The position numbers and the translations under genes are program-made. From Phoronis australis (lineage: Eukaryota; Animalia; Phoronida), in the NCBI GenBank assembly GCA_002633005.1, contig NMRA01000287.1, positions 62,001 through 126,000 of the forward strand: a stretch of 64,000 bases of DNA, written 5' to 3'. Below, piece after piece: positions 12,103-26,227 of this stretch (positions are counted from its first letter, which is position 1; every line of letters begins with the position of its first letter). The notes beneath the pieces were generated by a model that was not told where the DNA came from, searched no databases, and saw only the letters and a program-made list of their open reading frames with translations.

Positions 12103-13114
12103 ATGGGTGATCGTGGGGCCAACAGTTAGGAAAATCCTTTATAATGAACAAGCAATATGCCTACACAGAGGTAAAACAAAACCATTCACATGGACTATAG
12201 CGGCGCCAAGCAAGAACGATGTATACAGTAGCAGGTATATTGTGCTGTTATCACTCAACTATAACCGCAGATAAGCGTTCCCTGTTCAGTAGATTTTATT
12301 GCAGTTATCGGCAGCTGAACACGTAGCTGGAGTTATGTGACGCTGAACAGAACGCATGACGTAGTAGACAGGAAAACACTACTGCCAATATAAGTTGAAG
12401 TACTTCCGTTTAAGTTCCGTATCACGGATATTTCTTGACATCTATCTCAAGTGCCAGTAAAAACATAGAGCAGAGAAAGAACTGTTAGATTCCTTTCGAA
12501 AGAAAACAGGAACTACATTACGCGAACAAAACAAGCAACCCCAACAACTTGAACTAACAAGTAGTGCAATAGTAACTTCGAAAGCATTTTCCGGTAGAAG
12601 GCGCAAGAGACCCAGTGTCTTTCGTGACCTATTTTGCGAAGATCATTAGATCTATTTGTAAAAGGTGCAGCCGTTAGCGACAATAAAAGCAGTGAAACAG
12701 ACTTAACATTCACAGTCTGTACGCCTGTGACAAACTGCAAGAGCAGAGTACGTACATACTTTGTGATAACTAAAAGACACAAGCGCTCCGAAACTCCAAA
12801 AATCACGTCTAGACTCTCAACAACAATAAAAATATTTTTAATCGATATACATTGACAGGACTTCCGAAAGTTGGAATATTCCGCCAATACTAGTAAAAGA
12901 GTTTCAACGCAACTCGCAGAACACCGTTGAACACACTGCGCTCATGAAACCCGCAGAACATAACAGCCACGTTCCGTATTTACAGCACCGTACATAAGTA
13001 AGTGGTATTGATTTACGATGGCCTCACATTGTGACCAGCATATTCCATGTTAAACTGCAAGGCATCGTGAAGATAGGGTGGCTGAGCGTTGAACATGATC
13101 ATACAAACAATGCA

Positions 13115-13766
13115 AAACCAAAACGGAAAAAAATCCAGGACACGAATTTTCTATTCAAGAATTGCAAGACTGAAAATACACCCACAACAAAATTTATCGC
13201 GCCAGGACCTGTGATTTATCAAGTCAAGACCGAAAATTTATTCACGCCAGGACAAAAAATTTAGTACGTCAGGAAATTTGCACACGTCTGGAAAATTTCA
13301 CAAGTCAAGTAAATTTTCACGTCAGGAAAATTTCATGTCAGGAAAATTTCATCCCAGGAGACCACGTGACTAAGTGATCCCTCAGGGAGATGAGGTAATA
13401 GACACACAATTTCTTGCCGACGACAGTCATTATCGTGACAATGAGGTTGTAGTCTCTTCCACGTTTTACAAGGTAAGCGAATGCACATTTGGAGACACTA
13501 GATTCGAATACGGCTCAGTACTACAGAGAAAGAGTGGAACGCCGTAGTCACGTGGTCTCTGTCACGAATGTCTACGTCCTGCCGTAATAAATTTTGTGTC
13601 CTGGAGTGATAAACAATGCGTCCTGGCGTGACAAATTTTCGGTCCTGACATGTTAAATCGTAAGTTTTGTCGCAATGAATTTTGGTTTTCAGTATATTTT
13701 TGGTTCTGCAGAGAATTCAATTCTTGAACAGAAAATATGTGTCTTGGATTTCTTCCGTTTTGGCTT
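13115..13766. mobile_element. Foldback/MITE with long imperfect TIRs and a nested inner inverted repeat (13357-13560)
   Basis: ccaaaacgg...ttcaagaattg (from 13118) is the reverse complement of ~13718-13763; inner gagaccacgtgact / agtcacgtggtctc. Confidence 0.7.
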
Positions 13767-13789
13767 ACTTTAACAATACCTCTGACCTT

Positions 13790-13965
13790 ATTAGTGGCCT
13801 CCATTCTAACTCGTATATCAACATAACTAAGCATTGTCAATTAATAAAAGTATATATTTTCTGAAAGAAAAAGACCAGGAAATTTAAACACATGTTTTGC
13901 ATTTATATACATTATTATTATTACGTTAACACCTTTTTAAGTCAAAATTTCATTTTTAAGAAAGG
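13790..13965 (-). repeat. Interspersed repeat fragment, with inverted copies at ~44090-44260 and ~44680-44850
   Basis: ttagtggcctccattctaact...gtatatattttctgaaagaaaa...ttattacgttaacaccttt matches the reverse complement of those segments. Confidence 0.7.
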
Positions 13966-14380
13966 TTCATTCCTAGCAAAATAACCCTTTGGTAGATTTT
14001 AATGTAACCGTCTATAAATGAAAACTTCACCCGGTATTCAAAAACACTGTTAGCAGTTTTCTATTCCTTTCGTTTGGTTTCTACGACAAGTCAAATCGCA
14101 GCACTTGAGTAAAAATTTGACGTAGTATTCGTTTTTGAAACATGACGCAAAAATAGGTATTTTTATCGAAATTCCTAACAGCGTTTTTCAGATTGATGAC
14201 TAAATATCAAGTTTGGGAAGTTTCAGCGAATTCCACCAAGCCGTTTTCGAGAACTCGTGTTCCTAAATTCTAATAAAGTCGATTTGCCGAAGCCGAGAAA
14301 AAGACGATTGAACTGGGACGAGTGAAAATCTAAGTCTTCAGTTAATTATTCGGTGAAAACATGTTTTCGGTAAATATATT

Positions 14381-14619
14381 AAAAAAAAATAATAGCACGC
14401 GGTCTTGTAGACGTTGTACCAGACGTGCGCAGGCCGCGCATGTGGGCCCATTGCACTGATCACGTGGAAATATTTTTGTGCTTTATTAATATATACTTAA
14501 AACCGAGCTGAGGAGCTAGAGCCCTGACTCAAGGGTTTAGCAGTGTGGCCCAGTGGGACTCGAACCCACGACCTCGAGTAAAGAAGGCGGGCACCATCAC
14601 ACTAGGCCACACTGCCTCC
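14381..14619 (-). mobile_element. tRNA-derived SINE, full length (~240 bp)
   Basis: Minus strand: A box TGGCCTAGTGTG, B box GGTTCGAGTCC, unique body, oligo-T end; second copy at 43695-43868. Confidence 0.8.
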
Positions 14620-15790
14620 TTGCAGTTAATATATCCTATACATGCCTTAACCGTGTTAGCTATTTCAACATTCACTCGCAATGTCAAATGAATTTGCAGT
14701 GCGTAATTAACTTAATTATCATTAAAACGTACCGTCCCCAGCCACGAGGTGGGACCAAATGTTACTGTTGTTTGACCTACTTAAAAATAGGTTACAGTTC
14801 ATTGTTAGTGTGTACACACCACGTGCCGGGAGACTGATACGAAACCAAGTAAGAAATGGATAACAAAAATTGAGTCGGTGGTTAAAGCATGTTGTTAGCA
14901 TGATGTTGAGACAGCGAAATATCAATTTACTTATATTCAATAAAGGAATTTGGGAGAAGATTTATCTCTTTTCACAACTAACTTTATGACCACAGAGGTG
15001 TAAGGCGATTCGTAGCATTCGTTCTCAACGACCGTATGCATGCAGAGGCACAACTACCTCAGGGTTAAAACACCAGTATCGAAAGCGATTCACGAAACGA
15101 TTCAGGCTTAGGGTTGATACGCGTTGCGTTTTGAGTTGGTAACAGGAAACGCTATCTCATCACTGAAAGTTGAGTATTGCGAGATCGATTTTATGAGAGT
15201 GACAGGACACAGGAGTAGTTCAAATTTCGTTTTAGCCAAGAAAACAGGGCAAAATGCAACTTTTAAGATACGATAGCCATGCAACCCGTGTTGTTATATC
15301 CAACGTAGCCATGCAACGGAAAACAATGGTTGTATCTCATAGGCGATGACAATGCGACGCGCTTGCGCCCTTGGCATGGAATTGGATGTCGCAAGTTATA
15401 CAATTACCTTGGAACCTTCAGAAGATGTCATTTAGCCCGGGTAAGAACAATCATATCCTGAACACCGGAAGCAATCGCAGATGAAATATGACGAGAACAA
15501 TAACAGACGACCGCAACTGGCCGGGTACATTTTTTGCAAATTTGCAAGGAATGCGAAACACAAAGTAGCTACATATTGTTGTGTAACGTGACGTATGCAT
15601 TGGCTACTATTCTACTTTAGCTAACAGAGTAGTAGAGAGCGACGCCTGTAGTGAATACTTCAGCAAGTGGCATCATAAATTCCCGTGCGTCATTTTGAAA
15701 CTCATTTTGAAGACAGCAGGTGGTAAGAGGTGGTTAAATCCAAATAATGTGATATGGCAAGTGTTCATTACTTTCCGCTTGATCCAAGAA

Positions 15791-18390
15791 GGCAAAGGCA
15801 GCATTTGCATCAGTCACGTGACATTAAATATATCCATAAATCACGTGGTGGGACTGAGAACCCACAACCACTAATCATCGATAATTTTTGTTTACTCATC
15901 AATCAATCATTTTTCAACGATGTCAACATTATCATTATACAAACAGCGACGCACATTTTCACAACTAATCATCGAAATTGACTGCTTCGAAAATGTTTCG
16001 TTCATTATTAACAGCCAAACAAAATCCCACCAAAACGTATGGCAGGGAAGAGCTGCAGGGAGAGGGCTCAGAGAGGAGCATGCGCAGTAGCGACAGCAGG
16101 AGAACAACTAGGCGGCTAGTAATATGGAAGCCAAAATACGTGAAACCGTTAGATCTGAATGGGAAAATGGTTGTTATGTACTGAACAAATCGATTTTAAC
16201 GCTTCACTTTTCAGTCCTACAAAAATGACCTACAACTTACTTCGTCCAAAATGCATATTCTTTATCGTTTATAATTATTGTTAATGAGACTGTACAGGCA
16301 CCTTACTGATGGTCATCAACTGTTCATTTAATGGCACATTACTGCATATCTGCCATCATTGTGCACATCAAGGTCAAAGTACAAGCATACCACAGTTCAC
16401 ATTTTCACTCTGACCAGATATACAGCAAGATTATACACTCCACTTTTGACGAACAAAGTGTTGCTGACGTCACGGCTGAAGGGCATTGAAGCAAATATAC
16501 CACAGAAATACCTTGATTACGGTGGCTTGCTCTAAAGGGCTTAAAGGCGAAGGCAACCTTTTTTCATGTCACTTTCAGCAAAAATAAGGTCCATTGATTA
16601 TCTAAGAAACATTTGTCACTTAATTACAGCTTTTCGTAATTTGATTAATTTCTCGTCCTCTACTCCGGAAGTGACGTTTTGGGAGGCAAGAGTTTCGAGC
16701 CAATTTCTTTTTATTATAGTCTGACTGTGAGAGCTGTCGTGTCAGTCTAAGTTTGATAAGTTTATTGTGGACTTGTATTGGAGCTATTTAGAAGGTGCCA
16801 AGTGTGTGACGAGGGAGTCACACGGCGGGATGTAAGCAGTTTGGGTGCTCAGATCACCCTCCAGTGGGAGTGTGTCGCGGGACACTCGGGCAAGTGGGAC
16901 AGTTCTTCCTCTGTACGTGAGTACACCCCAGTACGCAGCAACGGCGTGGCATGTTGACTGACTCGTAAGCAAAAGCAAACGACGACCGAACTTATCACAA
17001 CCGAGGTAGAACAATGACGGACTCGACAGCTCTCACAATTAGACTATATGAAAAGAAATTGGCGCGAAATTCTTGCCTCCCAAAACGTCACTTCCGGAGT
17101 AGACGACGAGTAATTAATTAAATTACGAAAAGCAGTAAATAAGTGAAAAATATGTCTGGGATAATCAACCAACCTTATTTTTTGCTAAAAATGACATGAA
17201 AAAAGGTTGCCTTCGCCTTTAATATAATGCGAAACGATTGCTGATGCTGCACATAAATTCACAAGCTCAACTAACAGCGGAGGACCAGTTACTGGTTGCC
17301 AGAAACATTTCCAGATATGGTCCACCTATGTTCCTTAACTCTCCATTACATTTGTGGACTTATGTGAAAACACTAGTTGTCCTTATTTCGTTGATATTAC
17401 TAGGTCAAACTTTTGCTTTGATACACACNGGCAAAGGCAGCATTTGCATCAGTCACGTGACATTAAATATATCCATAAATCACGTGGTGGGACTGAGAAC
17501 CCACAACCACTAATCATCGATAATTTTTGTTTACTCATCAATCAATCATTTTTCAGTGATGTCAACATTATCATTATACAAACAGCGACGCACATTTTCA
17601 CAACTAATCATCGAAATTGACTGCTTCGAAAATGTTTTGTTCATTATTAACAGCCAAACAAAATCCCACCAAAACGTATGGCAGGGAAGAGCTGCAGGGA
17701 GAAGGCTCAGAGAGGAGCATGCGCAGTAGCGACAGCAGGAGAACAACTAGGCGGACTAGTAATATGGAAGCCAAAATACGTGAAACCGTTAGATCTGAAT
17801 GGGAAAATGGTTGACATGTACTGAAAAAATCGATTTTAACGCTTCGCTTTTCAGTCCTACAAAAATGACCTACAACTTACTTCGTCCAAAATGCATTTTC
17901 TTTACCGTTTATAATTATTGTTAATGAGACTGTACAGGCACCTTACTGATGGTCATCAACTGTTCATTTAATGGCACATTACTGCATATCTGCCATCATT
18001 GCGCACAACAAGGTCAAAGTACAAGCATACCACAGTTCACATTTTCACTCTGACCAGATATACAGCAAGATTGTACACTCCACTTTTGACGAACAAAGTG
18101 TTGCTGACGTCACGGCTGAAGGGCATTGAAGCAAATATACCACAGAAATACCTTGATTACGGTGGTTTACTCTAAAGGGCTTAATATAATGCGAAACGAT
18201 TGCTGATGCTGCGCATAAATTCACAAGCTCAACTAACAGCGGAGGACCAGTTACTGGTTGCCAGAAACATTTCCAGATATGGTCCACCTATGTTCCTTAA
18301 CTCTCCATTACATTTGTGGACTTATGTGAAAACACTAGTTGTCCTTATTTCGTTGATATTACTAGGTCAAACTTTTGCTTTGATACACAC
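15791..18390. repeat. Near-identical duplicated segment (15791-17428 vs 17430-18390), probably uncollapsed haplotypes
   Basis: Copies joined by a single N at 17429; they differ by scattered SNPs and the 674-bp insertion. Confidence 0.85.
16545..17218 (-). mobile_element. Non-autonomous Kolobok-type element (674 bp), same family as 3473-4479
   Basis: ~200-bp TIRs, TTAA at 16541-16544 and 17219-17222, single TTAA at the empty site 18181-18184; only the THAP start (MPRRCCVLGCT) is retained. Confidence 0.92.
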
Positions 18391-21300
18391 AGAGATCGTA
18401 TAGATCTTGGCCACAATGTTTAGGTAAGACGACGGCCTCACGACGTGGTGATTGCGGTCAATGTATGTACACACAAAAACAGACACTCGTGTAACTAACT
18501 CATTACAGCTCACAACAGAGTTGATTTTTTACGATGGAGCTCTGTCGTGCAAACCTCATGCGATAGTTAGTTGGCGCAATGTCTAGTACTGATATGGTGT
18601 GCGTTACAGGATAGGGGGCACTGTTTTTTCCACCAATAAAAAGAAAATGAAAACATTTCCAATCGTCATATTTTATTACCGTAAAACTTTCGCCTGACAT
18701 TGCATAGCAAGAGACGTCGTTAGAGGACGTATTGACGTCACTAACACAACGTATAGGCAGGAACTGCGAGTTTCGTAGTTATGATGCCAAGTTTGCTGCT
18801 GATGACGATTAAATGAGGCATCAATGCATCTTAGTCCTTCAGTATTATACACACTAGCTTTCTACCATGTGCAGCTCTGTACAAAGCCAATGAAACTTTC
18901 AGAAAGGTCACACACGATTTTACATGTGTATTGGATACACTGCCGTGAATTTTCAATGAGAGCACGCATTTTCTCGCCGTGAGTCGGCTACCGAATTCTA
19001 CGCATGTGCTCTGTACGGAAATACGTGACAAGTAATGGACGTACCTGGCGCTGTACCAAAAGTAAATCTCAATGAGGAATGTGTAATATTTACTCACTGG
19101 GCGGCTGCTTCACACAGGTCAATTGCCGATAACTCGTCCTTACTTATCTCCAATAAAGTGTTGCAGCATTGTAAATAAGTAATAACGCCGACCCATTTTC
19201 AAACAGGAATTGAAATATTATGATCATTTCTGTTAGATCCGTTAGGTAAGCACATCCAGCAGTTCAAAGGCTTATTAACAAACAAAATGGTGATTCAGTT
19301 CAATCAATCGCCAACATTTTTCGTTCTTTTAAGCTGCGTTCGCACCGTTTCGCTAGCTTAAAATCGAAAATCGAATTAGGCCTTTTCCCTCATACAATTA
19401 GTCTCATGACACCCTTTACCTTTACCGTGGTAGGATTTTATTTAAGTTACCAACCAAAGCATCGAGACGACCAGTGCTTCAAGAGAGTACTTCAGTTGTG
19501 CCACCCCTAAAACTGCGAACTCGAAAATGGTGGCATTGTCTGTGACCTGCTTGGTATATACATATTGCCTGTGACCTGCTAGCTCACTCGGCACCATTTC
19601 AATATCGAATGAGCTTGATTACGTTACCAAGTACCAAAGTGATTCGTTTAAGAATTCAACATTGACAGCTAAACGATGTCTAAGTGCCTCTGTAACTATG
19701 AACCTGGGTCAATATTCATGAAGTCCTTCCGAATCGCTGACTGCTAAATTTCATTTCACAAAACTTTTCTAAATCTATTTGTAGTTAATTACATTACTTC
19801 ATGAAGTTGCCTGTATCACGGGTTACCGCCGAACCCGTGTATGAAACCTATATCAAACTCTGATTAAAACAGCACAGCATGTGAAAACACACAAAACAAA
19901 TAGGGAAACGCGACGAAAAACGACAAACAACTTCAAAGACTCCAGTGTATTGAGGTGCATTACAAGCATTGAATAGGCCCCTATTTGACGTAAAGTACTG
20001 GTATGTCCTTGTTGAACACAATGGTATGTATAGTGATGCCGAGTCTTTTCACACTGCTGCTACCAAAGATCACGTGCAGTGTTCTACAAGCCTTCATTTC
20101 ATCAGTCATTGCAGTCAACCAAGCAACGCTAGGACAACACCGCTCAAGACATCATTGGTGATTTCCAGGGGTATTAACCAAAAAGTTAATTTAACACAAT
20201 TTATTTTAAACAAAGTTCAGCTGTATCCATTGACAACTTGAAAACGTGAAAACAAAAAAAAAACTAATGACGTAGGTCGGGAGATCACATAGCCCGCTTC
20301 ATGCAGTGTTATATCCCAGCACCACATCACGATACTTACAGAACACGGATCAGGATTTGCGGCAAATCACTTCCGCCACAACTTTCTTACAACATGGTCG
20401 CTATATGTTGTGTTTCTAACTAAACTGGCCAAACAATCACAGAAATAAGGAATTCACCTGAAACTAGACATGCTTCAAACTACACAGAACATGTTTAGGT
20501 CATTCGGGCCATACCAGACTTACATAATACTGCATGACTGAAGAGTGAATACCTACAGATAATCCATGAAGGACTAGACACACTTCAGCAACAAATATCC
20601 GCTTAAGACAACGACAAATAAAAGTGCATTATTCTCAAATCGAGAACCTATTTCTTACAGAAGAGTTTAAGATGACGCAAAACAGGCTTCGTTCGGAAGG
20701 CTTCATGAATAACTTAAAAACAACCTAAGAAGCCTTGAGCTGGCAAGAGTACGAGCCCAAGTGGCATGCTGCACGCCAACGCTTAGCCATTCTCGTTACC
20801 AACAATTCCACAGCGTTCTCAGCGTAACATTCTAGAAACTGGCGTTCACCGAGCAGCCGAAGTCAGTAACAACAACGAGAGATGTAACTAAACAACGAGT
20901 GTGGACAGCCTTATGGTGCATGTTAGCTATTGCTAGAAACAGTGACACCTACTGGTACGGTACAAGTTATTAGCAGCAGGATCGTACTTATAGAGCGTTC
21001 GGGTTAGGCCTACAACTGGGCTTCGGGTAATGGTTAAGCACAGCCGCGCATGAGACTTCTGAAATTGTCTCACAAACTGTCACTGCTAAGTTTCTATGGT
21101 AACCATTAAGACGAGCATTATAGATGCTAGTTTAGCAGCTTTATAGCCAATGTGTCACTGGTTAGAATACCGAAGTTGCACGTGCGGGTGTATATACTGG
21201 CCTTGTTTCCACGGTTAACTATGTGAGTGTAAACTTCATGGGAATGTAATCTAAACTATTCCTCTTGCGGATGGGGAACGTTTCACTCTCATTCCTTCCA

Positions 21301-23871
21301 CAATAACATAACAAACAATGAGATTCGAAGTAAACGTTATATATAAGCCCCGATTTTGCGTCATGAAGAATTTCACCTCAACAGCTATAGAGAATATAGA
21401 GTGGAGAAATGGTAAAACTGATTGGAACAGGGGCGCAATCTCCCACCAGTTTCTACGACCCTTGACTGATTCATATAGAGTACAGCTTACATTGGAGAGA
21501 CAGCAGAATGTCTGTTGGTTTATTCAGCTGCCCGAGTTGAGTTGGAACAGTTTCCGACTATATATTATAATCAGCTAGCTCGCGAACGCTGGCTAGGTTC
21601 CCGCATATATCAACATGTTCAATATGGAAGACTCAAATAACAAAGACGAATTTAGCACTCACTTTCTGGAACTGATAGGCTCAGCGGGTGAGAACTGTTG
21701 GCCTGCTGAAACGATTATAACTGGAATTAACGTATCAAATATCACAAACCTGCTCGCCCGTGCAGGCCAGAGAGCTATTGTCAGTAAATCGACACTTAGA
21801 GAGAGTGACTACCGTCCTTAGGTGGCCCCAGAGAGAGGAGGAAGCTCCAATACGTCGAATTATGCCTAATTAAAACATCGAAGTCACGTTAATATAAGTA
21901 CCTTTTTCGCAAAAAGGGGTACCTTAGGAGGCCGTCGATGTCTTTAAGTCATTCCAACTCGAACAAATACTGCGGTAATAAAACCTTTTCTTCGAACAGT
22001 CCTTCGTTCAGTTGCCCAAATCGGCAACAGGCCATTCTTTTGAGCGCGCTCTTACAGTATTTTCAACGGGTTCGCCAGGATCCAGCAGTGGCCAGGTAGA
22101 GGCGGTGGCCTGTCTAAGGCCGACTCTCAAACTCTGCGCCATAGTCCACCAGAGAGTGGTAAAACAAGAAAATCTCCAAAATGCATGTCTTAACCACTTA
22201 CCTGAAGACCCACTACCAGTGCTGTATCTAAATAGGAACACGGATCCAGGAACACTTCCTCAGAACAGGTGAAACTGATTAACAACGCTACAACACCGAC
22301 CCTTGTACGTTTGAATTCTCTCAGAGTGACCGCACCTTCAACACAACGGGTTTATGTCGGTCCAGGAACCACAGAATGTGAGAGAAACGAGGATGGTAGC
22401 ACTGAAGTCCCATACAATTTAAAAACAGGTTACTATAGGCGGGTGGTTTGAGGAGTGTGTTGAAAAGAATTGCCAGTAAACTGATTTACTTGTGTTTTTG
22501 AAAGAGAAAAGCCAAGTTTTCTTGCCTTGACCTACTTTCGATGCAAAATGGTGGCTGTCATTTGCTTTCAACCCCTGTCGCTTGAGGAGAAACCGGGTGC
22601 GATTTCAGGTGTCTGTCCAAACAGATCAAAATTGCCAAAAAAGTAGCTGGTTGTTTGTTTCGGATTTACATGGGTTAATGTATCTAAACTGATTCATAGA
22701 TGTTTTTGACAATAGGAAGACGGTATAATGCTTCAATGAACTTAGTTGCAGGCTGAAGTTGGAAAAATCTCTATCATCCGTTCTCCAAATAACTAAGTAC
22801 ATAAAACGATTTTTGTCGAACATTGAAAGTTTTTACTGAAATACGGACTGTTCTACAGAGTGTCTCAAAAATGTACTCAAATGACAATAAATGCATTGTT
22901 CCTTGACAAAATTAATGATTTATATTCAAAAACAGGAGATCGAAAACGATTTAAGTCTCTAATTATTCAGTGACGTAGGATTATTGTTGTTTAAATTCTC
23001 AGATGTCTGATCACTAAGCCTTAAATACAAGCGAACATTTCAAATATTTTTTGTGACTATTTTAATAGTTTTTGAACAATAATTAGAACTCTACAACCTT
23101 GAAATATCAAAAATATCTTAGAAAATGTTTTCGAAAAAGTGCTCTCAAACCTAACTTTTTGCGAGTATAAATTGTTGAGATACATTCGAAACAGTTTTTA
23201 TGACACGTGTTGGCAAGAAATAAGCAAAATTACCGGAACCGATAGGCCAAAATTACGGATCTGAGAAAAACGAGAGTGATCCGGATTTTTTTCATAAACC
23301 AGTCCACTTTTCTGCAGTAATTCGCCGAAAGATCTGTGATTGAAGAGGAAACCATGCATTGCATGTTTGTGACCGGATTTCAATCATTTTCTTGTAAAAA
23401 AAAATAATTTGCCGATTAATACTGTATAACCGGTGGTTGATATTCGAGAATCAGCTTGTGTATTTATAGAATCGTGGTTCAGACGCAAAATAGAATACGA
23501 GATGCGTTGATTAAAAAAATCGTACAGGAAATATTGTCTCATGGTTTGCGAAACTGGAAAGCAATAATCAGGGGTTGGAAACTAGATGCAAGAAAATGTC
23601 GTCAGAAATCTGACGAACGATTAATAGCTTATCAGAAAGTTGATAGTGAATTGAGCATCACGAAAACTTTGCTTCACAAGCACGCGGTTTTAGTTTCATT
23701 TTTACTTGATAATAATACATGCTTCAATTGAAGTAAAATCGTAAACCGAACGGTAATGTTATTCATGTCAAAGAGCGGAACAGAAGGGGACTAGAACACA
23801 GAGCTGTCATAGTGACACGGTGTTTGTGATACGGTGTATTAACTCTTCACCGTGCAAGGTATTCACCAGCT

Positions 23872-24700
23872 TCATCATCATCGGTGCCGCGCCTACATGT
23901 CCTTAGAGGCACAATTGACTTGGACAGACCGAGCATTATGACAACTGGAGTTGGTTGGCTTTAACTGCTGCTTGACGGTCCTCAAAATTTGCTACTTTGA
24001 CCAGTGATATCAAACCTTCTTTATCATTATCTGCAATGTCGGAGGATACTTAATTTCATATCTTAGTGGATTGTTCGTAGTCAAATTTAAGGCCATCAGT
24101 ATAGCAGACGGGGTGTTGGGCAGTGAGATTGAAACACTTGCCATGAGCAACCAACTCTCCTCCTGACCCCGCCAATTACCAACATTTTAACTCAACAAGG
24201 TGTCCATTTGCCCCTCCGGTTGTCAGTGAACCCATATAAGCATGTTACCCCACAACTCGACTGTACTGTCCCATCGCACAAAATCAGATAGCCCTAAGAG
24301 TTATATATTGATAGCACATTGAAACAGGGGTCGCACTTGATACGTCGACAACTCAAAAGCCCTGATAATACTTCATGGCCCTAACTTGAAATGAAACTGC
24401 ATGTAGTCCCATGAATACGGCTTCTGTAGGCTCAGCCGTACATGATCGCACTGTAAAGTTTCTGGCAACAGAAATTACGGACTTTTGAATTGTTTGCTGA
24501 GTCCTCATGATGGCTCATGAAACTTTGCAGGAGATGTGAAATAAATTGTACTTCACGCAGCCACATTAGCCAGCTGAAGTGCCGTCCACACAGCCGGTCT
24601 TGCCCCCGAACAAGTTACTCCTGGAACGAGTTGTCGGTAGGTTTGAGGGCTGTTTGCACGCTATTAAACTAGCACAACTTGCACCACTAAAGACAACTTA
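23872..24700 (-). mobile_element. Possible old LINE 3' fragment
   Basis: Minus strand ends in gatgatgatga and contains PVCYTDGLK, weakly like the RNase H YTDGSK motif; otherwise heavily degraded. Confidence 0.25.
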
Positions 24701-26227
24701 TTCCTCCTTATCGAGGTTGGTTAACACGTTCTAGGGTAACTAGCCCCTCTTGTAATCACCGTTTTGGTCGCAATAGTGGGCTAGGGCGGAAATTATTATT
24801 AGTTGCGGTTAGATGTATACGAGTTTTCTTTTGTGCGCCGTATTCACATCATTGTCACACACAGAGCGACAACTGCCGCCTAACACTAGTTATCGGAAGA
24901 GTGTGTGTTTGTGTGTGTGTATGTGTTTGTGAGCGTGTGCGTGTGCGTGTGCTTGTGTTAAGACATGGTTAATTTTCGACGACGACTTCCAGCTTATGAA
25001 GCCAATGTCAAAATTTGCTTTCAGAGTTTGATTCTGTATAACAACAAAGCCGTCTCACTATCGCTCTAACTTGGGATTGTTAAACAAAGCTGTTGACGTC
25101 ACGCAACAAAGTTCCTGTGGATAAGATAATTAAGAGTATTATGAGACCCTGCCCAGATGTGGAAATGTAATCGGNAGCATGTGAAAACACACAAAACAAA
25201 TAGGGAAACGCGACGAAAAACGACAAACAACTTCAAAGACTCCAGTGTATTGAGGTGCATTACAAGCATTGAATAGGCCCCTATTTGACGTAAAGTACTG
25301 GTATGTCCTTGTTGAACACAATGGTATGTATAGTGATGCCGAGTCTTTTCACACTGCTGCTACCAAAGATCACGTGCAGTGTTCTACAAGCCTTCATTTC
25401 ATCAGTCATTGCAGTCAACCAAGCAACGCTAGGACAACACCGCTCAAGACATCATTGGTGATTTCCAGGGGTATTAACCAAAAAGTTAATTTAACACAAT
25501 TTATTTTAAACAAAGTTCAGCTGTATCCATTGACAACTTGAAAACGTGAAAACAAAAAAATCTAATGACGTAGGTCGGGAGATCACATAGCCCGCTTCAT
25601 GCAGTGTTATACCCCAGCACCACATCACGATACTTACAGAACACGGATCAGGATTTGCGGCAAATCACTTCCGCCACAACTTTCTTACACGGTCGCTATA
25701 TGTTGTGTTTCTAACTAAACTGGCCAAACAATCACAGAAATAAGGAATTCACCTGAAACTAGACATGCTTCAAACTACACAGAACATGTTTAGGTCATTC
25801 GGGCCATACCAGACTTACATAATACTGCATAACTGAAGAGTGAATACCTACAGATAATCCATGAAGGACTAGACACACTTCAGCAACAAATATCCGCTTA
25901 AGACAACGACAAATAAAAGTGCATTATTCTCAAATCGAGAACCTATTTCTTACAGAAGAGATAGGATGACGCAAAACAGGCTTCGTTCGGAAGGCTTCAT
26001 GAATAACTTAAAAACAACCTAAGAAGCCTTGAGCTGGCAAGAGTACGAGCCCAAGTGACATGCTGCATGCCAACGCTTAGCCATTCTCGTTACCAACAAT
26101 TCCACAGCGTTCTCAGCGTATCATTCTAGAAATTGGCGTTCACCGAGCAGCCGAAGTCAGTAACAACAACCAGAGATGTAACTAAACAACGAGTGTGGAC
26201 AGCCTTAGGGTGCATGTTAGCTATTGC

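Noticed and set aside
22202-22400. Possible minus-strand exon ending in CAG|GTAAGT
   Set aside because: No ATG or clear acceptor, and the frame has stops in the other copy; a non-coding exon cannot be shown from sequence alone
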